A stretch of 61,746 nucleotides of DNA, filler included, from Malassezia furfur (GCA_052055015.1; 2 parts of 2 records of this genome joined end to end with filler, not necessarily neighbours in it), one strand, 5' to 3'; counted from the whole stretch's first letter, positions 22,251 to 33,033 are shown. Program-made: numbers and translations. Notes: generated by a model from the letters alone, not told the origin.

Positions 22251-22428
22251 GTAGCCCAAGATGGGCAGCGGTGAATAGGTATGCCGATGCCATGGGCTCT
22301 TCTGTTGGCTACGTGACGAGCGTGTGTTGTGGGAAGGCCCGTCGTGAGTGTGGAGGCTAAGCCCGTGGCGCGAATTGGCCGAATTTGAGCCTCTGCTACC
22401 CGGCCTCTTCGGCTGGTCCGTGCGCAAT

Positions 22429-24650
22429 CTACGCCGCGGCGTTTTGCTGCTTCATCATCTGGGTCAGTGCATCGGCGTACCTCATCGGCGAGCGCATATA
22501 CCTTGCGGAACTGGTGTGCAAAGTGACTGGGATACAGGAAGGGGCGCAGATCGAAACGGTTGTCGTCGGGCGAGTACGACTCGGCATGGTACGACGGGGT
22601 GAGGGTGGTCATCTTGTGCCGGTTGCGTGCGTATTCGAAGAAGAAGAGCTTGATCTTGTCGGCGATCTGGATCGGCGTCATCCTCGGCGTCCACAGCGGG
22701 ACGATGCGCACAAACATTGAGTACGGTCCACACTTTTCCACCTTGCGCATGCGGCCCATCACCGAGAGCTCGTCGTAGGTCATACCCATGTCCGCCTCGT
22801 CGCTCTGGACGTACGTCTCGGTGATCGGCTCGAGCTCCGCCGTGGGCGGCGCCTCGAGGAACTCGTGCAGGATAGGCATGTCGAACGTCTCACACGCGTA
22901 CGCAATGAACCGCTTCAGGTCCGTCTTGGAGATGCTCCCGATCGGGTTCAGATCCGCGGACGAATTGTCGTACTTGGTCAGGTAGCCTCGCAGGCTCTCG
23001 TCGACGTTGGCGCTGCCGAGCACGAGCAGTCCGCCACTGCGTCCCTGCACCCAGGGTGCGAGCTGCGCAAAGAGGTACGCAAGCACCATGCGCGAGCGCG
23101 CCTGGATGTTTTGCAGCGCCAAATTCTCGGCCGGTGTTCCACCGTGCACCTTGAAGCGGGGCGTGCGCTTCGTCACCAGGTTGAACAGCGATAGAACCGC
23201 GTTGACCACCGAGTCGATGTCGAAGTTGTAGTGGTACGACCCGATCGTTTCGGCGAGCTGAGTGGCGCGCGCGCGCGTCTCCTTGCTTGAGTTGGTGGTG
23301 CCCATGTAGCAGGTGACAAACAGGCGGTGCGCAATGTCCTGCGGCGACGCGGGTACCCACGGCGCCTCGACTCCTGTGATGCGGCGCACATCTGCAAGCA
23401 CCTGCTCATTTCCCTCGGTGCACGCCTTGTGCACGATGCGGCACATGCTATACACGATCGTGGCGGTCGCACACGAGTCGATTCCGCCCGAGAGCGGCAG
23501 CATGAACCCCTGCGTGCGGGAGCGGCGCAGGTAGTCCCAGAGCCAGCACGCGGGCCCCTGGGCGATCTCCTGCTCGGGCATAGAGTAGCGCACCTCGGTC
23601 GGCGGCGTGGGCGCCTCGTCAAATGCACGCGTGCGCGAGAGGGTAATGTCGACGTCCACTCGCGCCGGGCCGCCGGGGAACACGCCGAGGTGTCCGCTCT
23701 GCATCCACGCGGCCTGCATCCCGCGGCTCTTGCCCGTGCGGTGTGCACGCACCTCGGCGAGGTCGACGGTCGCACTTACGACCTCGATGTCGTCGAGTGC
23801 AAACTGCGCGCCCTGGGCGACGATGGCGCCGTTCGCGGCGATCAGCGCGCACCCGTCGTAGTACAGGCGGTCGCCATCGCAGCCGCGCTGGTTTGCGTAG
23901 AGGTACACGCCGCCCGACTTGAGCGTCGCCTCCTTGATCAGCTCGACGCGGCGGTGCAACTTGCGCAGCTCGTGGTGGCTTCCGCTTGCGTTGAGGATGA
24001 TCTCGGCGCCGTGCAGCCCTTGGACGATGTGCGGGCTCGCCGACGTGAACAGCTCTTCACACAGCTCCACGCCCAGCACCGTGTCGTTGGTACAGATGAG
24101 TGCGTCGCCAAACGTCACTTTGCTCTGGCCCGTGACGTCGGTGATGCACGGCGGCAGGCGGTAGTCCTCGACGACGTGCGGGCGCATCCACGGCGTGAAC
24201 CAGCGCATCTCGCGGTAGTTCCCGTCGTTGGCGAGCCACATCTTCGGGCGCACATGCACGACGCGGCGGTTGGCGATCATCACACGGCAGTTGTACAGGA
24301 CCGAGTGGTGCAGGATCGGCATGCCGACATCGCACAGGATGTTGTCGGTGAGGTCCGAGCTCAGGAGCTCGGCCAGTACCTCCCAGCAGTGCATCTCGGT
24401 GTCATGCTCGAGGAAGTGGTCGTAACACTGGGTCAGCGCGCGTCGCAGCGTACTCCGTATCCCCTGCGTCAGTGCGTGCACCTACGAAATCTCCAGCTCA
24501 GGCCCAAGGCGCAGCGTGCATCCGCGCGCCTTGGCCGTGCGGATGGACGATGCGATCCGGTCGCGGTTGCCGTCAAAGTCCAGGGCCCACTGGTTCAGCG
24601 AGCAGGTCGCGACGGAGCTGCATCAGCACATCCACGTACACGAGCGCCAT
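22429..24650 (-). CDS. QNS1: Glutamine-dependent NAD+ synthetase; introns 24618-24639, 24464-24485, 24428-24453, 22459-22480
   Basis: Spliced [18 protein letters not shown]...[63 protein letters not shown]. Confidence 0.96.
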
Positions 24651-24667
24651 GGAGGGAGATGTGGAGG

Positions 24668-25687
24668 CTACTGGAGCCGCTGCAGTACGACGCTCTGCAC
24701 GGGCCGGCCGTCCTCGACGGGCTCGATGCGGTTGTCTATGATGTGCCAGGACTGGCGCTCGTTCCACTGTGCAAGCAGGGTATCCACGTCGCCGGGTTGG
24801 ATGCGCGCCGACGGCGGCGGCGAGTCGTAGGCGGCAAACGTAGCGGTATGCGGCACATCGATCTGCTCCGGCGCGTGCACAAAGTGGCTCAGCACCACAC
24901 GTGTACCTGGCGCCGTGCGCACCGGCAGTGCCTCAAGAAGCGGCTTGTGCCAGAACCGGATGAGCAGAATGAGCGCATAGGCCGCGTGTGGGAGCGGCGC
25001 ATCGGCGAACGCAAAGCGACGCCCGTCGAGCTGCACCTGACCGTCGTCGAGCACGCTCATGGGGAGGAGAGCATCGGCGTGCGCACCTGGGCCCTCTGTC
25101 AAGTTATTGTCGCGCAGAAGGAGTGCGGCACGGTCGAGCGCGGCGCGCCAGCGATCGACGGCGGTCGCGCGCCAGGCCGCTGATCGCCTGCACCCTTCGA
25201 CAAGAAGGTAGGTGACGTCGCGCCCTGCGCCGCATCCCATATCTAGAATGCATGCGTCGTGGGGAGGCATCCAGTCTCGCAGCACACGTTCGACCACGGG
25301 CGCGGGCGAAAAAAGCAGGTGCGGGTCGTGCGCCGTCGTCCATTCGTCCCGCTCGGCAGCCCAAGCACGCAGTTCGTCCCACGACAGCGCATAGCACGGG
25401 TGTGCGCATGGCGGTGCATCGCGAGCACCAATGCCCAGGATCGCGACAATGTCCCACCGCTCGGGCGGGACAAAGGCGCGAGCGACGTCTGCGAGTTCGT
25501 CGCCGTCGCACAGAACCAGGAACGGTACGCCGCGTTTGGGCAGGGTACTGAAGCGCGCCTTGAGCGATGCTAGGCGCGCGATGTGCACGGCATGCCGAAG
25601 GTGACCCGCTGAGACGTCGGCACGCAGGTCGAGGCACCGACGCTGCGCGCCGAGCGCCTCGTACGCCGCGAGCCGCGCCGTGGCCAT
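24668..25687 (-). CDS. Rhodanese-like N-terminal domain fused to a class I SAM-dependent methyltransferase
   Basis: CLDLR...GHLRHAVHI...LKARFSTLP (rhodanese-like), LLFSPAP, motif I ILDMGCGAGRD, AVDRW, LILLIRF. Confidence 0.7.
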   Translation of the reverse strand: MATARLAAYEALGAQRRCLDLRADVSAGHLRHAVHIARLASLKARFSTLPKRGVPFLVLCDGDELADVARAFVPPERWDIVAILGIGARDAPPCAHPCYALSWDELRAWAAERDEWTTAHDPHLLFSPAPVVERVLRDWMPPHDACILDMGCGAGRDVTYLLVEGCRRSAAWRATAVDRWRAALDRAALLLRDNNLTEGPGAHADALLPMSVLDDGQVQLDGRRFAFADAPLPHAAYALILLIRFWHKPLLEALPVRTAPGTRVVLSHFVHAPEQIDVPHTATFAAYDSPPPSARIQPGDVDTLLAQWNERQSWHIIDNRIEPVEDGRPVQSVVLQRLQ

Positions 25688-25731
25688 GTGGAGCTGAAGG
25701 CAAGGGAAAGAAAGGGCTATAAAATACACGG

Positions 25732-27636
25732 CTACCGAAGGCGATGGTTGTGCGGGGTGCGATGCCAGGGGCTCCGTGGTGTAGGCAGCTTGATGGAGCG
25801 CACAGAGGGAGGGACCTTGGAGGGTGTCTCGTGGGTAAGTGGTTTGGTGAGCGAGCTCCGAGGGCGTGCTCGGATGGACGGCGAGGCGTTGCGCTGGTCG
25901 TTCTCGTCGTTCAACTCTTCCTCCTCTTCGCGCTCGGACGAGGAGTGGAACGAGGCATCGGCGTGGCGCCGGCGCCGTGCGCTCCGTGCGATATTCACCG
26001 AGGGCGTGTCGAGGCCCGAATAGTTCATCAGGTAGCTCGACATGGACAAGTCGCCCGCGTTCTGCAAAAAGGCCGAGCCGCCCGCGCTCGGTGGCACACC
26101 CGCCATATCGCCGCGCAGCAAGCCGCCGATCGTGGGGGTGAGGCCAAGTGGCATCTTGGTGTACGGCGTGATGCCGCCCTGCATGGGCGTCATGCTCACA
26201 CCCGGGTACATTCCGCCAAAGTTGCCGCTGTTCTTCGACGCCGAATGCGGCGCAAGCCCAAGCGAGTGCGTGAGGTTGAGGTGCTGGGGACTCGAGAACT
26301 GGTCGCCCGTGCGCCCGTCGCGCTTCAGCGAGGGTGCCAGCGGGCTGCCCTGCAAGTCGCTGTATGCCAGGCGCGACTCGAACTTGCTCGCCGACGGAGG
26401 GAACACACGCGGCGACGGTTCCACACGCGAGAAGGACGCGAGTGCAGCACGGTCCAGCGCGCTGCGCTTGCTTAATGATGCGGGGGCCGCCGTGGTGCGT
26501 TTCATCGGCTCGTGTCCGGGCTCGGGACTGCGCGCGACCGGCGCCGCCGGCCATTCGCGCAGCGGTGTCGACTGCAGCAGGCGCATCGGCGACGCAATCT
26601 TCGATTCGGCCGGCGACTTGACCTGTTCGGCACGGTGCACGGGGACATTGAGGTCGCGCGACACCAGCGCAGGGCGCTTGGGCGTCGGGCGCACGGGCGT
26701 CGGCGGGGACGCGGCTTTGGCTTCTTCGGATGCAGGGGTCTCGGTCGGATTCTCCGACTCGGCGCGCCCGGCGCTCGCGGCGCGGCGCTCCTGCTCGCGC
26801 TTCTTGCGCGCCCACCGGCGCTTGCTCTCCAGCATGCGCTCGCGGCGCTCTTCGGCGTTGCGCGGGCGGTTCGCGTCGCGGTCCCAACGGGTCCGCCGCG
26901 GCTGGACGCTGAGAGGAATCGCATGCTTGTCTTGTAGATGGCGCCGCCAGATACTCCGCGCGTGCTTCCCCACATAGCGCTTTTCGCAGTGCGGACACAC
27001 AAACACGTTGGCATTTCCGCCGGCCTCGAGCTGCGCCTGGCGCGAGAGCGCCAGCAGCTCCTCCATGTTATGGTCACGTGGGTCTGGCTCCTCGGAGCGC
27101 AGGCGGTCCCAGGCCTCCTCGAGCGATGCATCGCGACGATCAGCGTCGAGTGGGAGCAGGCCCGATGTCTTCTCGTCGGGGCCGAAGCGGTAGGGTGCGC
27201 TGCCCATGGGAGGCATGTGCATCAACATCGGCATCTGGGCATGATCGACCATAGAATAGCCTGGGATCGGCATAAATGCGTACCCGTTCATGGCACCGCC
27301 GCCCATGCGCTGGAGGTGCTGCATGAGCTCGGGGTGCATGGGCATCCCGTAGGGGAGCATAGGCGCGGGCGGCGCGGAAAAGAATTGCGACGCAGCCGGT
27401 GCCGACGGAGCGTGTGGGTGGTGCGCGAAGAGCTGCGCATGCTCTGCGTCTGCACGGTACATGGAATAACGTGAAGGGGATCCGCTCGTGCGTTCTGCGG
27501 TACCCATGTCCCAATATGCTGCCGCGTTGGGACCCGAGATCCCGCCCGCTCCGGCCATCGGTGGGGCAGGCCACATCCACGGTTCACGCGGCGGAAGCGC
27601 GCCGCTGCTAGATTCTAACGCAGGGCTCGGCAGCAT
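25732..27636 (-). CDS. Putative transcription factor with a single C2H2-type finger and a basic helix; otherwise low complexity
   Basis: FVCPHCEKRYVGKHARSIWRRHLQDKH...RRTRWD...ERRERMLESKRRWARKKR in a long open frame. Confidence 0.7.
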   Translation of the reverse strand: MLPSPALESSSGALPPREPWMWPAPPMAGAGGISGPNAAAYWDMGTAERTSGSPSRYSMYRADAEHAQLFAHHPHAPSAPAASQFFSAPPAPMLPYGMPMHPELMQHLQRMGGGAMNGYAFMPIPGYSMVDHAQMPMLMHMPPMGSAPYRFGPDEKTSGLLPLDADRRDASLEEAWDRLRSEEPDPRDHNMEELLALSRQAQLEAGGNANVFVCPHCEKRYVGKHARSIWRRHLQDKHAIPLSVQPRRTRWDRDANRPRNAEERRERMLESKRRWARKKREQERRAASAGRAESENPTETPASEEAKAASPPTPVRPTPKRPALVSRDLNVPVHRAEQVKSPAESKIASPMRLLQSTPLREWPAAPVARSPEPGHEPMKRTTAAPASLSKRSALDRAALASFSRVEPSPRVFPPSASKFESRLAYSDLQGSPLAPSLKRDGRTGDQFSSPQHLNLTHSLGLAPHSASKNSGNFGGMYPGVSMTPMQGGITPYTKMPLGLTPTIGGLLRGDMAGVPPSAGGSAFLQNAGDLSMSSYLMNYSGLDTPSVNIARSARRRRHADASFHSSSEREEEEELNDENDQRNASPSIRARPRSSLTKPLTHETPSKVPPSVRSIKLPTPRSPWHRTPHNHRLR

Positions 27637-27846
27637 CTTGTGTGCACTAAGAGGGTTGCGACTTCGGCGTCCGAGTCCACAACAAGCCGTGCAAGTGAAC
27701 GCGGCCGCACCGGCTCTGGGGAGATTGCAGCTGCAAGAAGATGGAGGCCACGCCGATCCGCGCAACACAACACTCCTCTCGGCCGAGCTCAACAAACAAT
27801 ACGGGCAGACGCGTCGCGTAGGTCACGTGAATAACACTTTTTGTTG

Positions 27847-28667
27847 CTACGGGAGGAGCCAAAGCGTGGAGAGCGCGCCAACGAGTAACGTGCTCCCGAT
27901 GCCGATGACCAACGGCGAGCGGAGGGAGAGGGTCTGTGCACCATTGCACGAAGCACAGTTCCATTCTGCGTGTGAGCAAGGTAGAGACACGTACCAGCGA
28001 GGGGGGTATAGGCTTGAGGGAAATACATTGCAAATTCCACCGCGTTGTTCGGCGAGAAACGCCCGCCTCTGGCCGCGGCCGACGGGCCCTCCTCGTCGTA
28101 GATGACCAGTCGGTACTTGGCCGCGGCCAGGTCCGGTTGGCCATTGGCCTGTGCACTCAGGCGGTAGCCGTAGGGGTACCAGGTAACGCTTGTCGCATCG
28201 CCGGGGATGCCCTGGGGCGAAGGCGCAATGGGGTATGTGTACCCATTCTGCGAGCACGATGCCACCACATACAGGCGGTCTGGTTGTGTCTTGAGCGAAG
28301 TGAACGACCATCCGAAAGTGACAGTTTCGTGCGGCGCAATCTTGTAATAAGACTCGTCCGCGGTTTGCGCCGGCTGCGTGACGGTGAGCCCGCCCGCAGG
28401 GAGTCGATCATCATTGTCGCTGCTGCTGCTGCTACCGCTGCTGCTGCCCGACGCGGGGGCGGAAGTGCCGGCGTTTTGGCGCGGCGCGAGCGTCGGCGCG
28501 GCGCGACGGTAGACCGGCCAGGATGGCGTAGGCGTCACCGGCGCCTTTACGCCTGGTGTGACTACCGTCACCGGGCTCGCCTGGCCCATCGTCTCTTGCC
28601 GGTGTGCATGTACGGCGCATACGCTCACGAGCACCAGGCACCACGCGCACCCGAGCCACCGAAGCAT
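27847..28667 (-). CDS. Conserved fungal secreted, membrane- or GPI-anchored protein; intron 27966-27994 (29 nt)
   Basis: Signal peptide MLRWLGCAWCLVLVSVCAVHA, S/T-rich linker, TQP...YYKIA..VTFGWSFTSL domain, spliced end WNCASCNG followed by a hydrophobic tail. Confidence 0.7.
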
Positions 28668-28695
28668 GGTGTTGCACCGCAACCCCGGCGCGGGG

Positions 28696-28716
28696 TGCAC
28701 GTGGGCCCCACGTGCA
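28696..28716. promoter_or_regulatory. Palindromic double E-box in a divergent promoter
   Basis: TGCACGTGGG-C-CCCACGTGCA, a perfect 10-bp inverted repeat with two CACGTG cores. Confidence 0.55.
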
Positions 28717-28939
28717 TAGATGCTGCAGGTAGCTGCAGCAGCCTGTCATTTAATGCGGGATGCAGGTGTCCCCAGGCGAAAAATCTGCAGGTCGAGCGTC
28801 GGCGCGTGGCTGGCTGCACATCTACACACCCGCCGCGCCGCGCTTCCTATCCTCTCCGTATACACACCGACCCGTTTGCTGGGAGATTGTGCTAGTCACC
28901 CCCGCACGTCCGCCGTTTTGACGATACGGTGCCTTGACG

Positions 28940-30882
28940 ATGGGCATCTTTGGGAAGAAGCGGTCTGCCGAGAAGGACCGGCCCGGGTTTGTGTCGCGGA
29001 TTGTGTCGCATACGCGTTCGGAAAGCGAGCCCCATGAAGCGGTGTCGCTGGACGGCGTGCAGGCGCCCGTGCGTTCGGAGGGATTCCCCGCGGCGAACCT
29101 CGGCGCCTCCCCCATACCGATGCTAAGCCAGTCGATGCCGACGGACCAGGGCGCTCCGATGCGTGGGTCGCGTGACGATGGGCCACGGCCGACGTTTCAC
29201 GGCGGCGCGCCGAACCCCATGTACGCCGCGCGTCTTCCGCCCGACGCGTCGAACGCCGGGGCGACGACGGTTCCCGAGGGTGGCTCGCCTGCTGTGCAAA
29301 GTGCGCCGAGTGCCGGAGCATCGGTGGACGACCAGCTGACGAGCCAGGGCGGTGCGGGTGCTCCGAATACTTCGGCGAGCGTGCCGCCCGCGTCGGCGCC
29401 GGGCGCCGCGGCGCCTGGTGCGCCGTCGACGCCGGACCGTGCGCGGCAGCAGAACATTGTGTACCCTTGGGGCAAGAAGCAGATCACGATGAACCCTCCG
29501 CGGTTCCTCGACGAGAACCGCCGTGCACCGGCGGGAGTGCTGAGTCCGCCGCCCTTCCCGCGGTACGGCCATGCGACGAACCAGGCGACGAGCGCGAACA
29601 ACGAGGTGTACATCTTTGGTGGTTTGGTGCGCGACAGCGTGAAGAACGACATGTACATCATGGGTGTCGAGCCGATCCAGGTGCAGCGGTCGACGGGGAT
29701 GAAGATGGACGTGAGCCTGAATGCGACGCTGGTGCAGACGTCTGGCCAGGCGCCGCTGCCGCGCGTCGGGCACGCTGCGGTGCTGGTGTCCAACGTGTTT
29801 GTGCTGTGGGGTGGCGACACCAAGATCCGGGCGGAGGACAAGCAGGACGAGGCGCTCTACCTGCTCAACCTGAACAACCGCGAGTGGACGCGCGTCCTGG
29901 CGGGCTCCGACGTGGGTCCGGGCCCCGTGGGCCGCTACGGCCACACGCTCTCGATCGTCGGCTCAAACCTGCTCGTGTTTGGCGGGCAGGTGGAGACGAC
30001 CTTCTTCGACGAGCTGTGGCGCTTTGACCTGAACAGCCTCAAGGGCACGCCCACCTGGCAGCTTGTGCGGCCCACGGGCCCGGCCCCCGCGCGGCGGACG
30101 GGCCACTCGGCCGTGGTGTACCGCGACCGGCTGTACATCTTTGGCGGCACGGACGGCAACTATCACTACAACGACACGTGGTGCTTTGACCTCGCCACGC
30201 AGACATGGACCGAGCTCAAGTGCGTCGGGTACATCCCTGCGCCGCGCGAGGGCCACGCGGCGTGCATGGTGGACGACATCATGTACATCTTTGGTGGCCG
30301 CGGCGTCGATGGCAACGACCTCGGCGACCTGGCGAGCTTCAAGATCTCGAGCCACCGCTGGTTCATGTTTGCCCACATGGGCCCTGCTCCGTTCGGGCGC
30401 TCGGGCCACACTATGGTCACCACGCAGAACCGGATCCTCGTCGTGGGCGGCGAATCGTTCACGGGTGCGGCGCAGGACGACCCCACGACGCTGCATGTGC
30501 TTGACACGTCCAAGATCAAGTACCCTGCCAAGGCCGAGCGCTCCAACTCCAAGAGCGAGGAGAGCAGCTCGCAGCAGCCCGCGCCGAGCGTGCCGCCGAG
30601 CGAGCGCGCTTTGCCGTTCCTGCCTGGCACCGAGCCGACGCCGCCCGCCGTCCCGCAAGAGAAGCCGACGCGCATCTCTTCGCCGCCTGCAACGGCGCCG
30701 GTGGTGCCGCCGGTGGTGTCGCCGGTGGTGTCGCCGGTGGTGCCTCCCGCGCCTGCGGCGTCGGCGTCGCCGGCTACGGCGGCGTCTATCGCGGTGTCTT
30801 CGCCGCGGGTGGCGCCGGCCGCGACGTCGCCCGTCCCATCGGCGGCGCCCGCCGCAGCCGCCCCCCCCGCCAGCCCCAAGCC
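28940..30882 (+). CDS. KEL1: Kelch-repeat polarity protein (Tea1/Kel1-like), truncated by the assembly gap
   Basis: PFPRYGHA, IFGGLV, PRVGHA, GRYGHT, RRTGHS, PREGHA, GRSGHT kelch repeats, ending VLDTSKIKYP. Confidence 0.88.
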
Positions 30883-30982
30883 NNNNNNNNNNNNNNNNNN
30901 NNNNNNNNNNNNNNNNNNNNNNNNNNTTAATTAATTAANNNNNNNNNNNNNNNNNNNNNNNNNNNNNNNNNNNNNNNNNNNN
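30883..30982. other. Artificial scaffold spacer: N44-TTAATTAATTAA-N44
   Basis: Exactly 100 bp with a central 12-mer giving stops in all six frames; both flanking genes are cut. Confidence 0.95.
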
Positions 30983-32038
30983 TGCGAGGGTCCTTGTTCG
31001 AGTACACGACCTTCCACTCGTTCAGAATGAAAGGCGAGGGGGGGAGGGCGTCCAGGGGGTTCTTGGGCTTCTCCTCCTTCTGCGCAGGCGCGTTTTCACC
31101 AGCGGCAGCGCCAGCAGCGGCACCCGCAGCGGCACCCGCAGCAGCACCACCTGCGGTGGCGGCGGCGGCCTCCTTCTTGGGCGCCTCAGCCTTGGCGGGC
31201 TTCTCCTTCTTAGGGGGCGTGTACTTGCCGTCCTCAGCAGCAAACTTGGCATCCACGGGGACCACGCCGCCAAGCGCGCGCTGGTTGATCACGGTGGTGT
31301 AGTAACGCAGGACGTTAGGGTACTTCTCACGCGTGGCAGGGCCAAGGTAGTAGGAGTAGGCAAAGTACAGGGCGGTCACGGCCACCAGGTCGGCAGCAGT
31401 GACGTTGTGGCCCACCAGGTACGTGTTGCGGTGCAGGTGGTCCTCCATGATCTTAAGACCGCGGTGGATGTTGTCCCAGTTGGAGGTGTCGGCAAGCTTC
31501 GTGTAAGGAGTCTTGCCGCTGTACAGGGGGTAGAGGCCGATGGCGCCGTCCGTAACCATCGTGTCGACGATATTGATCCACTGCGTGACGAGCGCATGCG
31601 TCTTGTTGTCCGTACCAAGGAGCTTGGTGTTGTCAGACAGGCTCGAGACTGATATGTTAGTATGCAAGTCCGGATGATGCCAGGCAAGTAGGGCTCAGTA
31701 CAAAATACCACAACGTGCTAAGGCGCACAACCCTCGACATGGTTGATTAAGTCAGGGATAACTGAAATTTACGCATCCTGTACCCCACTTGCCCTGCATT
31801 TTTTTCACAACGTACTGTACTCGACAATGGCGCGGCTCTCGCTCAGCAGGAAGCCATCGGGGCCCTCGAAGGCGGGCACCTTGCCGGTCGGGAACTTGGC
31901 AAGGAATTCAGGCTTGTGCGTGTCAGCAACCGGGGCAGTCTCCACGACCTCGAGATCGAGGCCATTGACCTTGGCTGCTGCGACGGAGCGAAGCACCCGC
32001 GGGTTGGCGGACTGGCCGTAAAGTTTCCCAATGCTCAT
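30983..32038 (-). CDS. TEF4: Translation elongation factor eEF1B-gamma, 3' end truncated by the gap; intron 31649-31815 (167 nt)
   Basis: GST-like N-domain [45 protein letters not shown]-rich linker, [19 protein letters not shown]. Confidence 0.93.
31683..31793 (-). ncRNA. snR38: Intronic box C/D snoRNA, snR38-like (LSU rRNA Gm, yeast G2815 equivalent)
   Basis: Terminal stem GGCAAGTGGGG/CCCTACTTGCC, C-like box AGGATGC, guide CAGTTATCCCTG complementary to LSU CAGGGAUAACUG followed by D' CTTA, and D box CTGA. Yeast snR38 lies in the TEF4 intron. Confidence 0.85.
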
Positions 32039-32189
32039 TGTGGAAGATGGAATGCAGCCGAAGTTTTTCTGGTCGTTATTCTTTGCACGGCCGTTCCACG
32101 AGAGCCACGTGGGCGTAAATCCCAGAGTGATCGAGCCGACGCGTAGCCGCTCGGTGTGCAGGTGGTTTCTTGTCGTCGACGCACAGGTC

Positions 32190-33000
32190 ATGTCGCGCAG
32201 GTACGATTCGAGGACGACGACATTTTCGCCCGAAGGGCGTCTCTACCAGGTAGAGTATGCCATGGAGGCAATCTCGCACGCAGGCACTGTCTTGGGCATC
32301 CTTGCCAAGGACGGTGTCGTGCTCGCTGCGGAGAAGAAGGTCACAAGCAAGCTCCTCGAGCAGCACAAGAGCTCCGAAAAGGTGTTTCAGCTTAGTGGAA
32401 ATGTGATTGCCGGTGTGGCAGGCCTCACTGCTGATGCCAACTCGCTAGTCAACTACGGTCGCAACGCTGCACAAAAGTATCTGCTTTCGTATGACGACGA
32501 TATCCCCGTGGAGCAGCTGGTGCAGCGGTTGTGTGACATGAAGCAGGGCTACACCCAGTTCGGCGGTCTGCGTCCATTTGGTGTGTCTCTGCTGTATGCT
32601 GGATATGACCCGCACTACGAGTTCCAGCTATACCAATCTGACCCGTCCGGGAACTACTCTGGTTGGAAGGCCGTATGCATCGGCATGAACAACGGCACGG
32701 CCACCAGTCTGCTGAAGCAGGATTATAAAGACGACATGACGGTGCAAGATGCGCTCGGTCTCGCCGCGCGTGTGCTGAGCAAGACGATGGACACGACGTC
32801 GATGGAGGGCGACAAACGTACGTGACGAGGTTTTTTTTTTTTTTCTGACCCCAGTGGAATTCGCCGTCCTCACGCGCGATGCGCGGACAGAGAAGCTTGT
32901 CTCGCATATCTTGAGCGTCCCCGAGATTGACCGCATTCTGAAGCGGCAAAAGCTGGCCAAGACCGACGAATCGGGCGACGCCATGACCGTGGATGCATAG
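32190..33000 (+). CDS. PRE9: 20S proteasome subunit alpha-3; intron 32818-32864 (47 nt)
   Basis: [57 protein letters not shown]. Confidence 0.96.
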
Positions 33001-33033
33001 CTCGGTATTTTCATATTGCTATCGACATTTTGA

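Noticed and set aside
22187..22480. Extended QNS1 C-terminus in the ORF track overlapping IFA38
   Set aside because: A canonical 22-nt intron (22459-22480) gives a normal stop at 22429; the extension is the unspliced read-through.
23327..25183. Long antisense or alternative-frame ORFs (e.g. 618 aa here, 643 aa at 59223-61154, 494 aa at 50702-52186)
   Set aside because: These are shadows of real genes on the opposite strand, caused by high GC3 codon bias, and have no recognisable motifs.
30927..30938. TTAATTAATTAA as a piggyBac target site or regulatory palindrome
   Set aside because: It is centred in an N-run of exactly 100 bp and is an assembly linker.
30698..31170. 12-nt repeats flanking the gap (PVVS/PVVP and AAAG)
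   Set aside because: Low-complexity coding linkers, probably the cause of the assembly break.
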